From the sequence record KM199770.1: a stretch of DNA of 24,000 bases; one strand, written 5' to 3'. Of this stretch, positions 7,524-16,596 are shown one piece after another; the stretch's first letter is position 1, and each line of letters starts with the position of its first letter. The stretch comes from Rhizobium phage vB_RleM_P10VF. The notes below the pieces were generated by a model that worked only from the letters and a program-made list of their open reading frames with translations, made no database searches and had not been told where the DNA came from. A program made the translations under genes and the position numbers.

Positions 7524-8951
7524 ATGGCTGAAACACTCGAGCGAATCATCGTCTATTCGCTACTGAACGATCCAGAGTACTTCCAGAAGGCAGGACCGTT
7601 CATCAAGCAGGACTACTTCGTTGATAAAGAGACGAAGGAAGTATTCGGCATATTCCGCAACTACGTCGAGAAATACGACGACGTTCCTTCCAGAACCGAA
7701 CTCAAGACGATCCTCAACGAGAGAGAAATCGAAGACGATCTCAAGGATCTCTGTCACGAGGTACTCGACTTCCAGACCGACGATGAGATCAATCTCGAGT
7801 GGATCATGGAGGAGTCTGAAGACTACTGCAGGAAGCGTGCAACGTACCTAGCAATTCTCGAGTCTCTCGACATCATCGAAGGCAATCAGAAGAAGCTTAA
7901 GGCGTCTGTCGTTCCTGAACTTCTCGAACGAGCGATCAACCTGAAATTCGATAACGACATCGGTATCGACTTCTGGGAAGAGCTCGAACGTAAGGTCGAA
8001 AAGTACGACGAAAGCGTAACGAAGATCCCATTCAAGCTCGGCATGCTCAACAAGGTTACCGAAGGTGGCTACGAGCGTCGAGCAGTGGTTGGCGTGGCTG
8101 CACCGACTGGCTTCGGTAAGTCGATCTGGCTAGGTGACGAAGCACTCCATGCTTCTGAGATGGGTTACAACGTTGCGTACATCACGTTCGAGATGTCCGA
8201 CTCTCGCATCGAAGCTCGTCTTGACGCCAATGCTCTAGACGAGACGATGAGTGTCATGAAGACCATGGAGGTCGAGACACTCAAGAAACGCTTCGAGAAC
8301 CTTAGGAACAAGAAGCACGGCTACCTCGTCATTAAAGAGTACGGACCTGGTGAGGTCACTGCTCAGAACCTCTCGACGTACCTCAAAGAAGTCAAGATGG
8401 CTAAAGGTGAGCCTGTTGACGTTCTAGTCGTCGACTACCTCAACCTGATGGCTTCGTTCAGATATGCAGCTTCGAATGGCACGTATCTCACTCTCAAAGG
8501 TGTATGCGAAGAACTCGTAGCACTGGCCAAGCGTCACAACATCGCCATCCTCACTGCCACTCAGTTCAACCGTGGCGGTCAGAAGAATTCGTCTCCTGAA
8601 ATCAAGGACATCTCCGAGTCTCAAGGTATCGCGAACACTCTCGACGCCTTGTTCGCTATGTACGACAACGAAGAGCTCGAGAAGATGAACAAGGCTGTGT
8701 TCAAGCAGCTTAAGAACCGTTTCGGTGACAAGAACTACTTCAAGTCATTCCTCGTCGGAATCAATCGATCCAAGATGAAATTCCATGACGTGGCTGAAGA
8801 AGAATCACATGCTCTGGCTGACAACGTTCAGACTCCAGAAGTCGTGGACGTAGACAATGCAAAACCAGTTTTCGACGACACACCGCTCGGAGATGAGTTT
8901 GCGAAGTTCAAGGACAAGCGCGGCAAGTTCTCGAACTTCTCATTCGAATAG
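7524..8951 (+). CDS. 41: DnaB-family replicative helicase (T4 gp41-like); ORF is open from ATG 7482
   Basis: 'VVGVAAPTGFGKSIWLGDEALHASEMGYNVAYITFEMSDSRIEARLDA…DVLVVDYLNLM…FNRGGQ' DnaB/gp41 motifs. Confidence 0.9.
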   Translation: MAETLERIIVYSLLNDPEYFQKAGPFIKQDYFVDKETKEVFGIFRNYVEKYDDVPSRTELKTILNEREIEDDLKDLCHEVLDFQTDDEINLEWIMEESEDYCRKRATYLAILESLDIIEGNQKKLKASVVPELLERAINLKFDNDIGIDFWEELERKVEKYDESVTKIPFKLGMLNKVTEGGYERRAVVGVAAPTGFGKSIWLGDEALHASEMGYNVAYITFEMSDSRIEARLDANALDETMSVMKTMEVETLKKRFENLRNKKHGYLVIKEYGPGEVTAQNLSTYLKEVKMAKGEPVDVLVVDYLNLMASFRYAASNGTYLTLKGVCEELVALAKRHNIAILTATQFNRGGQKNSSPEIKDISESQGIANTLDALFAMYDNEELEKMNKAVFKQLKNRFGDKNYFKSFLVGINRSKMKFHDVAEEESHALADNVQTPEVVDVDNAKPVFDDTPLGDEFAKFKDKRGKFSNFSFE

Positions 8952-8960
8952 GAAAGTGAA

Positions 8961-9560
8961 ATGACAGCAAGTATCGGCGTAGATTATAGCATGAGTTGTC
9001 CGTCTGTATGCATTGAGAAGGATGGCGAATTGCAGTTCTTCTACATCATCGGAAGCGAGAAACTCTGTCACGAGTTCAAGGTTGGAAGAGTCTCTGTCAG
9101 AGGACTTCACTACAATCCTGCGAACATCAACAACGAGAAGAAGGTGAAGCTCCGTGAGTCTCACTCAGACACAGAGCGATACATGACTCTTGCTCTTCTC
9201 TTCGAGCAGTACATTCCGGAAACGACAACCGATCATGCCGTCTTCGAAGCATATGCATTCGGAGCAAAAGGTCGACTCGCTCAGATGGGTGAGAACACAG
9301 GCACTCTCAAAGCGGTCCTTCGAGCAAAGGGCTACAAGATCGAAACGATCTCTCCGACCACGGTGAAGAAGTACGCCTTCGGAAGTGGCAAGGCTGAGAA
9401 AGAAGACATGGCTGACGTCTGGTTCGCTGAATTCGGATTTCACGTCCATGAATACCTAGCGTGTGACAAAGGCAAGAGCCCTGCGGCAGACGTCATCGAC
9501 TCATACTACGTACTGGAAGCATGGAAGAATGCTCCGGAAGTAACAGAAGTGAAAGGCTAA
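8961..9560 (+). CDS. RuvC-like Holliday-junction resolvase (RNase H fold)
   Basis: 'IGVDYSMSCPSV', 'VFEAYAFGAKGRLAQMGENTGTLKAVL', and 'SPAADVIDSYYV' resemble RuvC catalytic motifs. Confidence 0.75.
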   Translation: MTASIGVDYSMSCPSVCIEKDGELQFFYIIGSEKLCHEFKVGRVSVRGLHYNPANINNEKKVKLRESHSDTERYMTLALLFEQYIPETTTDHAVFEAYAFGAKGRLAQMGENTGTLKAVLRAKGYKIETISPTTVKKYAFGSGKAEKEDMADVWFAEFGFHVHEYLACDKGKSPAADVIDSYYVLEAWKNAPEVTEVKG

Positions 9561-9563
9561 GAA

Positions 9564-9989
9564 ATGCTCTCCGACATGCCATCTACGTACACGGCTGCAG
9601 ACTTCGTCCGTGTCCATGCTTACGAACCAGAAGTACAGCGCGCAATCCGTGACTGGTACTACGAACGAAACATCGGCCAGAACGACCCAGTGGCTATTCT
9701 GCTCACAAAGCAGAACATCACGTACACTCTGACTGTTCTGTCCACGTTCATCTCCACTCGAGAAACCGTGGATCTCATCAAGATCGAGTCGACAGTTCCA
9801 GACGACGTGCCAGCTCGCTTCGTCATGAGTTCTTCTGGTTTCACTCGCATCTGGTCCGCTGGCAACAACAGCAAGATCGAGACTCTTCAAGAGACTCGCA
9901 TCTCGAACGAAGGCGAAAACGTCGTGATGTACAAGTCTCGATCAGGCGAATTCCTCTACTTCAATCTCGGGTTACTTGGTGAAGTTTAG
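9564..9989 (+). CDS. hypothetical protein (141 aa)
   Basis: ATG start, close gene packing. Confidence 0.75.
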   Translation: MLSDMPSTYTAADFVRVHAYEPEVQRAIRDWYYERNIGQNDPVAILLTKQNITYTLTVLSTFISTRETVDLIKIESTVPDDVPARFVMSSSGFTRIWSAGNNSKIETLQETRISNEGENVVMYKSRSGEFLYFNLGLLGEV

Positions 9990-10019
9990 TTTCACTTCGT
10001 AATCAAATTGAAGTATGGT
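9989..10019 (+). promoter_or_regulatory. weak promoter candidate: GTTTCA (9989-9994) … TATGGT (10014-10019)
   Basis: Motif resemblance but 19-bp spacing and poorer -10. Confidence 0.3.
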
Positions 10020-10050
10020 CTCAATAACAAACCATCACCAGGAGATCTGA

Positions 10051-10638
10051 ATGCAAAACTTTGACCTGCTGCTCAAGCAGCTGGAAGTGACAAGAGGTTC
10101 CAATACTATCATCCGGAACCACACGACTGTCACCAACAGTCCGCCAAGTGCTTACAACATCGGAAATCACATCGGCGGTGGCGTTCAGCTCCTGCTCCTG
10201 TTCTTTCCGGATGCTTCTCTGGAACTCATTCGTCACTGGACGTTCCATGACTACCCAGAGTACATCACAGGTGACGTCGTCGGTGCAGTGAAGGTGAGCT
10301 ATCCGAAGCTCGCTGCTGCTCTCGGTGAAGTCGAAGCTGACGTCGAGAAGGAACACAAGATCCTGGAAGGCTTCGAACTCGAGCCTCTTGAACGGATCAT
10401 TCTCGACTACATCGATCGAGCTGAACTTCTTCTGTGGTGCTTTGAACAGTATCACATGGGTTGCCGAACAAAGCGCTTCCTCAAGATGATGAACCGTGTC
10501 GGCGAGAAGGTCAAGAAGCTTCGTGACGAGTTCAATTCGAAGATCTCGAAACGTCCTTCAGAATACGATGCACACCTCTCGAAAGGTGTCGCCAATCTCT
10601 ACACGATCATCGAACATCTCTCAAAGGAAATCGCATAA
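10051..10638 (+). CDS. HD-domain phosphohydrolase, YfbR/5'-nucleotidase-like
   Basis: 'WTFHDYPEYITGDVVGAVKVSYPKL' (HD motif plus TGD..…K) and 'LDYIDRAELLLW'. Confidence 0.7.
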   Translation: MQNFDLLLKQLEVTRGSNTIIRNHTTVTNSPPSAYNIGNHIGGGVQLLLLFFPDASLELIRHWTFHDYPEYITGDVVGAVKVSYPKLAAALGEVEADVEKEHKILEGFELEPLERIILDYIDRAELLLWCFEQYHMGCRTKRFLKMMNRVGEKVKKLRDEFNSKISKRPSEYDAHLSKGVANLYTIIEHLSKEIA

Positions 10639-11210
10639 TGTTCATCGGTCTCATCGGCTACAAGAACTCTGGCAAGACGTCCATCGCGAATCGCTACAAG
10701 GAACTCTTCGACGACTCTGTCAACATGATCGGCTTCAGCAATCCGCTCTACGCGATGCTAGGAGTTCTCGGCATCTCCATGGAAGAAATCCAGGACAAGT
10801 CGAAACGTGAAATTCCGCACGAAAAGCTCGGCGGCAAGAGCATCCAGTTCGCTCTCAATTCTCTCGGAACGGACTGGGGTCGGAACATGATCTACAAGAA
10901 CCTCTGGGTTGAACGCTCTCTCGACGCTCTTCATCCTTTTGCTACCAACATCGCTGACAACGTCCGCTTTCCGAACGAGTACGACGCGGTCGAGCGGCAG
11001 AATGGTATTCTCGTAGCAATCATCAATCCGCATGTCCATGATGACGGAACTGCTCCTGAGAAGCACATCCTCGAACTCCAGGACAAGGCTGCGTACTCGA
11101 TCTACAACGATCCTGAGAAAACGGGTCTGGATCTCGCTGCCACCGCTCTCTACGAAATCGTTCAATCTGAAAAAGCGATCCGCAAAGCGGACGTTCTGAC
11201 ATTCATCTGA
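10638..11210 (+). CDS. 1: deoxynucleoside monophosphate kinase (T4 gp1-like)
   Basis: P-loop 'FIGLIGYKNSGKTSIANRYKELF', 'GFSNPLYAML', 'NVRFPNEYDAVERQNGILVAIINP'. Confidence 0.85.
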   Translation: MFIGLIGYKNSGKTSIANRYKELFDDSVNMIGFSNPLYAMLGVLGISMEEIQDKSKREIPHEKLGGKSIQFALNSLGTDWGRNMIYKNLWVERSLDALHPFATNIADNVRFPNEYDAVERQNGILVAIINPHVHDDGTAPEKHILELQDKAAYSIYNDPEKTGLDLAATALYEIVQSEKAIRKADVLTFI

Positions 11211-11220
11211 AAGGCCAAGC

Positions 11221-11673
11221 ATGTACTACGAACTAGTCGACACGATGCACAGGAAGTACGGTTTCTACGATTCCGTCAACGGCTTCGACAAGGAGAAATT
11301 CTTGACGTTTCTCGAATTCCGTGCAGAGGAGCAGATCACCGAAGAGGTCATCGAGTTTCTTCAGGCGATCAAGGACTACCGATACGCAGCTGAACGCGAT
11401 GACACCGACGCAATGAAAGCTGCCATCCACGAGATCAACGATGCGATCATCGACATGGCCGTCTTCATGTTCGGAACTGCCACGTTCACCATGACCCAGG
11501 AAGAAATGGAGAAGAGCTATTCGACCGTGATGGAAGCCAATCTCAAGAAGGAACGAGGCATCAAGCCTGGTCGTCCGAACCCGATGGGTCTTCCTGATCT
11601 CCTGAAGCCTGAAGGCTGGACAGCTCCAGACATCACTCCGTTCTCCAGGACGCTCGAAGATCGTCTTATCTAA
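11221..11673 (+). CDS. MazG-like / all-alpha NTP pyrophosphohydrolase
   Basis: 'RAEEQITEEVIEFLQAIKDYR…AAIHEINDAIIDMAVFMFGTA' EExxE…ExxD pattern. Confidence 0.65.
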   Translation: MYYELVDTMHRKYGFYDSVNGFDKEKFLTFLEFRAEEQITEEVIEFLQAIKDYRYAAERDDTDAMKAAIHEINDAIIDMAVFMFGTATFTMTQEEMEKSYSTVMEANLKKERGIKPGRPNPMGLPDLLKPEGWTAPDITPFSRTLEDRLI

Positions 11674-11676
11674 ACA

Positions 11677-11705
11677 GTTTCTCTTCTGAATTCGTTTAGA
11701 ATAAA
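11677..11705 (+). promoter_or_regulatory. putative T4-early-like promoter: GTTTCT (11677-11682), 17 bp, AATAAA (11700-11705)
   Basis: Motif family member. Confidence 0.5.
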
Positions 11706-11727
11706 CTGACACTACCAACAGAAGAGA
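11680..11727 (+). promoter_or_regulatory. inverted repeat TCTCTTCTG … CAGAAGAGA adjacent to/overlapping the SD
   Basis: 9-bp perfect arms 11680-11688 / 11719-11727; SD is GAGAGG at 11724-11729. Confidence 0.75.
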
Positions 11728-11736
11728 GGTTAGACC

Positions 11737-12519
11737 ATGGGTGAGTACACCAATTTTACGCAGTGCTTTCGAGAAGCAATCTCTGACATCACAGGATCTG
11801 GCATCGTCACCGAGTCTGCGTTCGGCAAGACGATCGAACTCCGCAACTGGGGTTACGTGATCAATCAGTCCATCTGCACAGATGATTTCGAACAGCACTT
11901 CGAAGACTGGCCAGTCGAGGTCAGGCGTCCGAACCTGGAGTACGGTCGTGCATTTGCCGACTGGATTCTCTCTGGTTCACCTGTGATGCCGCAGATCCTC
12001 AAGAAACTCAATCCGGTCGCTGATCGCTTCGACGCCAATCGGTCTGACCTCTCTTCGTTCGAACTTCCGTCGAACTTCAGCATGTTCTACGGTCCACGCA
12101 TCAAGCAGCAACTCGATCTCGTGATCGATGAACTCATCGCGTTTCCTGACACACGTCGAGCATGGATTCAGGTTCTCGACGGCATGAACGACAACAAGCT
12201 TCTTCCGTCTCTTCGTAACGGAGATCTGAAGACCGTCGAGTATCCTTGCACGATCGGTTTCCTCTTCGATGCTCCGGTCGACTGGCGTGGAAGAGGTCGT
12301 CGACAGCTCAACTGCACCGTCTTCATGCGCAGTCAGAACATGGTCTCTGTCTGGCCATACGACTATCTCATCGGCACCAAGCTCCAGGAATACATCTCTG
12401 ATCGTACCGGCTACGAGATCGGTGACTTCTCTGGAGTGGTCGCATCAGCTCACATCTACGAGCGAGACTGGGACTTCTGCCGCAAGTTTCTCAACAAGCC
12501 TTTGGAGTGGCTCGAATGA
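11737..12519 (+). CDS. 42: dCMP hydroxymethylase / thymidylate-synthase family protein (T4 gp42-like)
   Basis: 'FYGPRIKQQLDLVIDELIAFPDTRRAWIQVL', 'VEYPCTIGFLF', 'LNCTVFMRSQNMVSVWPYDYLIGTKLQEYI', 'VASAHIYERD'. Asp at the ThyA Asn177 position (PYD vs PFN) and Cys-Thr rather than Cys-His around the nucleophile as in T4 gp42. Confidence 0.75.
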   Translation: MGEYTNFTQCFREAISDITGSGIVTESAFGKTIELRNWGYVINQSICTDDFEQHFEDWPVEVRRPNLEYGRAFADWILSGSPVMPQILKKLNPVADRFDANRSDLSSFELPSNFSMFYGPRIKQQLDLVIDELIAFPDTRRAWIQVLDGMNDNKLLPSLRNGDLKTVEYPCTIGFLFDAPVDWRGRGRRQLNCTVFMRSQNMVSVWPYDYLIGTKLQEYISDRTGYEIGDFSGVVASAHIYERDWDFCRKFLNKPLEWLE

Positions 12520-13547
12520 AGAATAAGTCCGTTCAAGAATTCATCTCTCACTACACGAGAGCATTCGATCTCGACAAGATCGCGATCGAGCAGCAGTACT
12601 CGATGAGATCGTATGAGACTGGTCTGTACGACATCCGTTCGGACGGCAATCTGCGGTCGATGATCAACATCTTGAGCAGTGCTGATTTCAACCACTACAA
12701 CATCAATCAGATCACTATCACCGTTCCTGAAGAAGATCAGCTGAAGAATGGCGCCGAAGACTACGTCTGGCTGAAGGACCAATTCAGCGAAGGAATTGCA
12801 GACATCCTGACTCTGATTCCGTTCAAGTACGGCGTGAACGCTCTCGAGAACCGAAAGGACAGCGTCTGCTTCTGCGGTTCTAATTCAGACGAACTTCTCA
12901 TCACATACTTCGCTATCGAATATCGTCCACACGCTGTCTTCATCTGCCCAGGATCTCCTCGTCCAGAAAATCCGCTGTACTCGATGGACGAAGCTGGATG
13001 GTTCCTCGTACAGGTCGGAGAGTCAGTTGCAACGTTCTTCTTCAACGCAAATCAGGACATCTATTCGAAGTACCAACCTGGTCTGAGCGCGAAGATCTTC
13101 GAGATCGCTGAGTTCGTCAAGATGCCGAGACTCGACTGGAACCGACCGATGTACGAAGTATTCGACGAGATCGACATCTACTTCCCGTATCGTCTGACGG
13201 ACGCAGACTACGGCTTCGAGATCATCGTCAAAGAGTTTCCGACGAAGATCTTCGGTGTGACAGATCCGAACAACAGCCTCGAGAAGCTTCCGTACTACGA
13301 AGAGATCAAGCACCGAGTCGTCAAGCTCGATCCCCAGAAGCACATGGACCATCTCCTCACGGTCTACGCGAACAAGAACTCGTTCGTCTACATGCCAGCA
13401 GATCTGACGAAGACGATCCACATGGGTCCGGTCGAGATCCTTTCGATCTTTCAACAGCGTCCTCAAAAAATCTTGTTCCCTTCTCGATGGGACAAGGATA
13501 AGATCAATTCTGTTTGGAATGAAGCCAATCGCTCGAAGACTTATTGA
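12516..13547 (+). CDS. unknown protein (343 aa), translationally coupled to the gp42-like gene
   Basis: ATGA overlap with the upstream stop; the track's GTG at 12507 is probably too early; no family recognised. Confidence 0.8.
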   Translation: MKNKSVQEFISHYTRAFDLDKIAIEQQYSMRSYETGLYDIRSDGNLRSMINILSSADFNHYNINQITITVPEEDQLKNGAEDYVWLKDQFSEGIADILTLIPFKYGVNALENRKDSVCFCGSNSDELLITYFAIEYRPHAVFICPGSPRPENPLYSMDEAGWFLVQVGESVATFFFNANQDIYSKYQPGLSAKIFEIAEFVKMPRLDWNRPMYEVFDEIDIYFPYRLTDADYGFEIIVKEFPTKIFGVTDPNNSLEKLPYYEEIKHRVVKLDPQKHMDHLLTVYANKNSFVYMPADLTKTIHMGPVEILSIFQQRPQKILFPSRWDKDKINSVWNEANRSKTY

Positions 13548-13556
13548 GGATCGATC

Positions 13557-14192
13557 ATGAAAGAAGTCAAATTACTCGTTGTTGAAGGTCTCGATCGCAC
13601 AGGAAAGGACACTCTGTGCGAACGGTTCCACTACGATTCGGACGTTTGTTGGATCAAGTACAACGACTTCAATCATCAGGCAACTCGTGACGAATACTAC
13701 AACACAACTCGTACGATGATGAAACATCCGAGCAATCGCACGGTCTCCAAAATCACGACGGCTATGGCGATCGCTGAATTTCTGCAAGTTCTGTCGTACA
13801 TCAAGTTCTCTATTGCCAGAGGTCTTACCGAATTCGTAGTCACTCGAGCATTTCCTTCGACGATCGTGTTCGACGAGATCAGAGGAATTGCAAACGATAT
13901 CGAAGTAACAATCAAGATGATGCGAGAGCACTTCGAGATCGAGAACGATATCAAGATCGACATGCGTCTGCTCACGCTCTTCATCTCTCCAGATCACATG
14001 AAAGCTCGCGGTTCGACTGAAGACTCGTTCGAGATCAAGAACTACGAGAAGATCAGTCAGTGTTTCGAGAGATACACAGAATACGAGAGCAGCTCACGAT
14101 TGATTTTCTCGAAAGCTCGAAACAAGACAATCAATGAATGGTCCGAGGATCAGTTGTTCGAATACGCTAAAAATTTCTTGTTTCAATCCTAG
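13557..14192 (+). CDS. thymidylate-kinase-like P-loop nucleoside/nucleotide kinase
   Basis: 'KLLVVEGLDRTGKDTLCERFHY' P-loop, 'VVTRAFPSTIVFDE' DR-like region. Confidence 0.65.
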   Translation: MKEVKLLVVEGLDRTGKDTLCERFHYDSDVCWIKYNDFNHQATRDEYYNTTRTMMKHPSNRTVSKITTAMAIAEFLQVLSYIKFSIARGLTEFVVTRAFPSTIVFDEIRGIANDIEVTIKMMREHFEIENDIKIDMRLLTLFISPDHMKARGSTEDSFEIKNYEKISQCFERYTEYESSSRLIFSKARNKTINEWSEDQLFEYAKNFLFQS

Positions 14193-14207
14193 AATGTTTG
14201 ATATAAG
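14180..14207 (+). promoter_or_regulatory. putative T4-early-like promoter: GTTTCA (14180-14185), 16 bp, TATAAG (14202-14207)
   Basis: Motif family member upstream of topoisomerase large subunit. Confidence 0.6.
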
Positions 14208-14233
14208 ATCAGAATCATAACAACGGAGGTCTT

Positions 14234-16180
14234 ATGTCTGACGAAACTGAATTCAAGATCCTGAACGACTACCAGCATGCTCGCATGCGAACTGAGATGT
14301 ATCTCGGTAGTCGCGTTCCAACCGAAATCCTCTTTCCTGTCTACGATGAACTTACTGACAACTTCTCAATGAAGAAGATCACGTTCGTTCCTGCGCTTCT
14401 CACTTCGGTTCGTGAAGCTATCGACAACCATCTCGACGAAATGTCATTCGTCGGCAAAGGAAAGATCCGAGTCGACTTCGACGAAGACACATGCACATTA
14501 TCAACTCGAGACAACGGTCGAGGCATTCCACTCGACTTCATCGAAGAGGAAGGAGCACGAATTGCGACAATTGCGGTATCTCGTACGAAAGCTGGCAGAA
14601 ACTTTGGTGAACGTGGCGAGCAAGCTGGTACCAACGGACTCGGCATTTCTGTGGTCAATTACTGCTCCGAGTTCTTCACTCTCGAGGTGGAACGAGACGG
14701 AACAATCTTTCGACAGAAATTCACGGAGAGTGAAGAATCGCTTGTCACCAACGAACCAACGATCCTTCAGACAAAGGATAAAGAACACGGTACGGCGGTA
14801 AGCTTCAAGCTTTCTTCGAAGGTCTTCGATCAACTCATTCTTCCGAACGATGTCGTGAAATCTCTCGTCCATCTGATCGCGAAGACCAATCCTCACATCG
14901 AATTCTCGTACAACGGAACGAAGATCCGTACGTCCAACGACATCAAGAAGAACCTGTTTCCTGGTGACAAGAATGTCATCGAGTTCAAGTTCAGCGAAGA
15001 TGGCAAGGCACGCGGATCCTACTTCGTCCGGATGACAGAAGACGATACCTCGTTCTTCTCTCTCGTCAATAACGTTCCTGCCTACAACGGTGGCACACAC
15101 GACGACGAGATCAAGTATCACTTTCCTCGACAGCTTCTCGAAGCACTGACGAAGGAGTCGAAAAAGCGAAAGCTCTCTCCGAACAAGAACGATGTCCTCG
15201 ACAACCTGATGTTTTTCGGCTCGATGAAAGTCGTAGCACCGAACTTCGACTCTCAGTCCAAGACGCGACTGACCAACAAGGAAGTTCGTGGTCCAATCTG
15301 GATCAGTCTTACGAAAGAGACCGACTGGCAGAAATTCATCAAGGAGAACAACGAACTCATCGAAGCGATCTATGCTCGATGTGCAGCTCGTACCCATCAG
15401 GACGACAAATCCAAGACTGACAACGACGAGAAGCGTCTGAAGAAGCTGAAGATCCCGAAGCTGCTCGACTGCAACAATCGCGATCGAAAGAAATGCGTCC
15501 TCTTCATCACAGAAGGTGACTCGGCGAAAGGTGGATTGGTCGACGCTCGAAATCCAGACATCCATGCAGTCATGCCTCTCCGTGGTAAGATCCTCAACGT
15601 CTATCACAAGAAGCCTGCTGAAGCAACAGCATCGAAGATCATCGAAGAACTCTGCGCTGCCATCGGACTCGTTCCTGGCAAGAAAGTGAACTACGAAGCT
15701 CTTCGATACGGCAAGATCTTCATCATGGCCGACGCAGATAACGATGGTCAAGGATCGATCTGCCCTCTCGTGATCTCGCTCTTCTACAGGTTCTGGCCAG
15801 AACTGTTCGTCGGAAAAGATGCATTCGTCAACATCTTCTCGACACCTCTGATCATCGCTGAGAACAAGAAAGAGAGACGATACTTCTATCCGCACAACAT
15901 CGAGGAATTCGACTACAACAAGTTCAAAGGATGGAGCATCCGTCGAGCCAAAGGTCTCGGATCACTTCAGAAAGAGAACTTCGTCGATCATCTGCAGAAC
16001 CCAGTAGCGATGCCGCTCAGTGACGAACCAGATCTTCCTCACGTCCTCGATCTTCTGTTCAACGGTGCACGAGCCGACGATCGAAAGCTCTGCATGGCAA
16101 TGACAGTCGATGAGAACATGAAGAAGATCAAGGAATTCGGATCGAACTGGAATCCTAAGATCAACGACCTCGACGTCTAG
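14234..16180 (+). CDS. DNA topoisomerase II large subunit (GyrB/ParE-like ATPase plus TOPRIM; T4 gp39/60 equivalent, one ORF)
   Basis: 'REAIDNHLDE…DNGRGIPLD', 'AGTNGLGISVVNY', 'LFITEGDSAKGG', 'IFIMADADNDGQG'. Confidence 0.95.
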   Translation: MSDETEFKILNDYQHARMRTEMYLGSRVPTEILFPVYDELTDNFSMKKITFVPALLTSVREAIDNHLDEMSFVGKGKIRVDFDEDTCTLSTRDNGRGIPLDFIEEEGARIATIAVSRTKAGRNFGERGEQAGTNGLGISVVNYCSEFFTLEVERDGTIFRQKFTESEESLVTNEPTILQTKDKEHGTAVSFKLSSKVFDQLILPNDVVKSLVHLIAKTNPHIEFSYNGTKIRTSNDIKKNLFPGDKNVIEFKFSEDGKARGSYFVRMTEDDTSFFSLVNNVPAYNGGTHDDEIKYHFPRQLLEALTKESKKRKLSPNKNDVLDNLMFFGSMKVVAPNFDSQSKTRLTNKEVRGPIWISLTKETDWQKFIKENNELIEAIYARCAARTHQDDKSKTDNDEKRLKKLKIPKLLDCNNRDRKKCVLFITEGDSAKGGLVDARNPDIHAVMPLRGKILNVYHKKPAEATASKIIEELCAAIGLVPGKKVNYEALRYGKIFIMADADNDGQGSICPLVISLFYRFWPELFVGKDAFVNIFSTPLIIAENKKERRYFYPHNIEEFDYNKFKGWSIRRAKGLGSLQKENFVDHLQNPVAMPLSDEPDLPHVLDLLFNGARADDRKLCMAMTVDENMKKIKEFGSNWNPKINDLDV

Positions 16181-16189
16181 GAGACGACA

Positions 16190-16501
16190 ATGGATACGAC
16201 GCCTATCGAAACGACTTATCTGATTGAAGTCTGCAGAATTCCAGAAGTGAACTTCGAAGAGGTCGACGAGAAAATCGAAGAAGCGGTACGTCTTCTCTTT
16301 CCTGAATGGACAGTGGAGAAGAAGAATGGAGTGAGACATCGCTACGTCAAGTTTCATACGACAGGATCAATGAACTCAGATCGATACTTCAGTCTCGTCG
16401 ACGAACTCAACAAGATCAAGGAGCTCAAGACCGGTCAGACTGGAGTCTCTCTGAACATCTACAATGACGGATTTCATTCTGGAACGTGGGATTACATCTG
16501 A
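16190..16501 (+). CDS. hypothetical protein (103 aa)
   Basis: ATG after GGAGACGACA. Confidence 0.75.
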   Translation: MDTTPIETTYLIEVCRIPEVNFEEVDEKIEEAVRLLFPEWTVEKKNGVRHRYVKFHTTGSMNSDRYFSLVDELNKIKELKTGQTGVSLNIYNDGFHSGTWDYI

Positions 16502-16510
16502 CCCACAGAA

Positions 16511-16567
16511 ACTACTCCAGTCCCGGATTATAGATTATTAATCCAAGACGACGAAATCACCCACCCT
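16511..16567 (-). repeat. dispersed non-coding stem-loop element, copy B (opposite orientation to copy A)
   Basis: GGATTA-TAGATTAT-TAATCC hairpin (16525-16544); reverse complement shares GATTAATAATCTATAATC and GGGTGG at identical spacing with copy A. Confidence 0.75.
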
Positions 16568-16596
16568 CCACGTGTGAACCAACGAAAGACAAGAAA

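Noticed and set aside
11233-13466. Several minus-strand ORFs of 147-221 aa (e.g. 11233..11898, 13023..13466)
   Set aside because: All overlap well-supported plus-strand genes and lack recognisable domains or RBS context.
14501-15895. 464-aa minus-strand ORF
   Set aside because: Lies entirely antisense to the topoisomerase large subunit. Its low-complexity V/D/L/R-rich sequence is typical of mirror ORFs produced by GAC/GTC/CTC-rich sense codons; no SD or domain seen.
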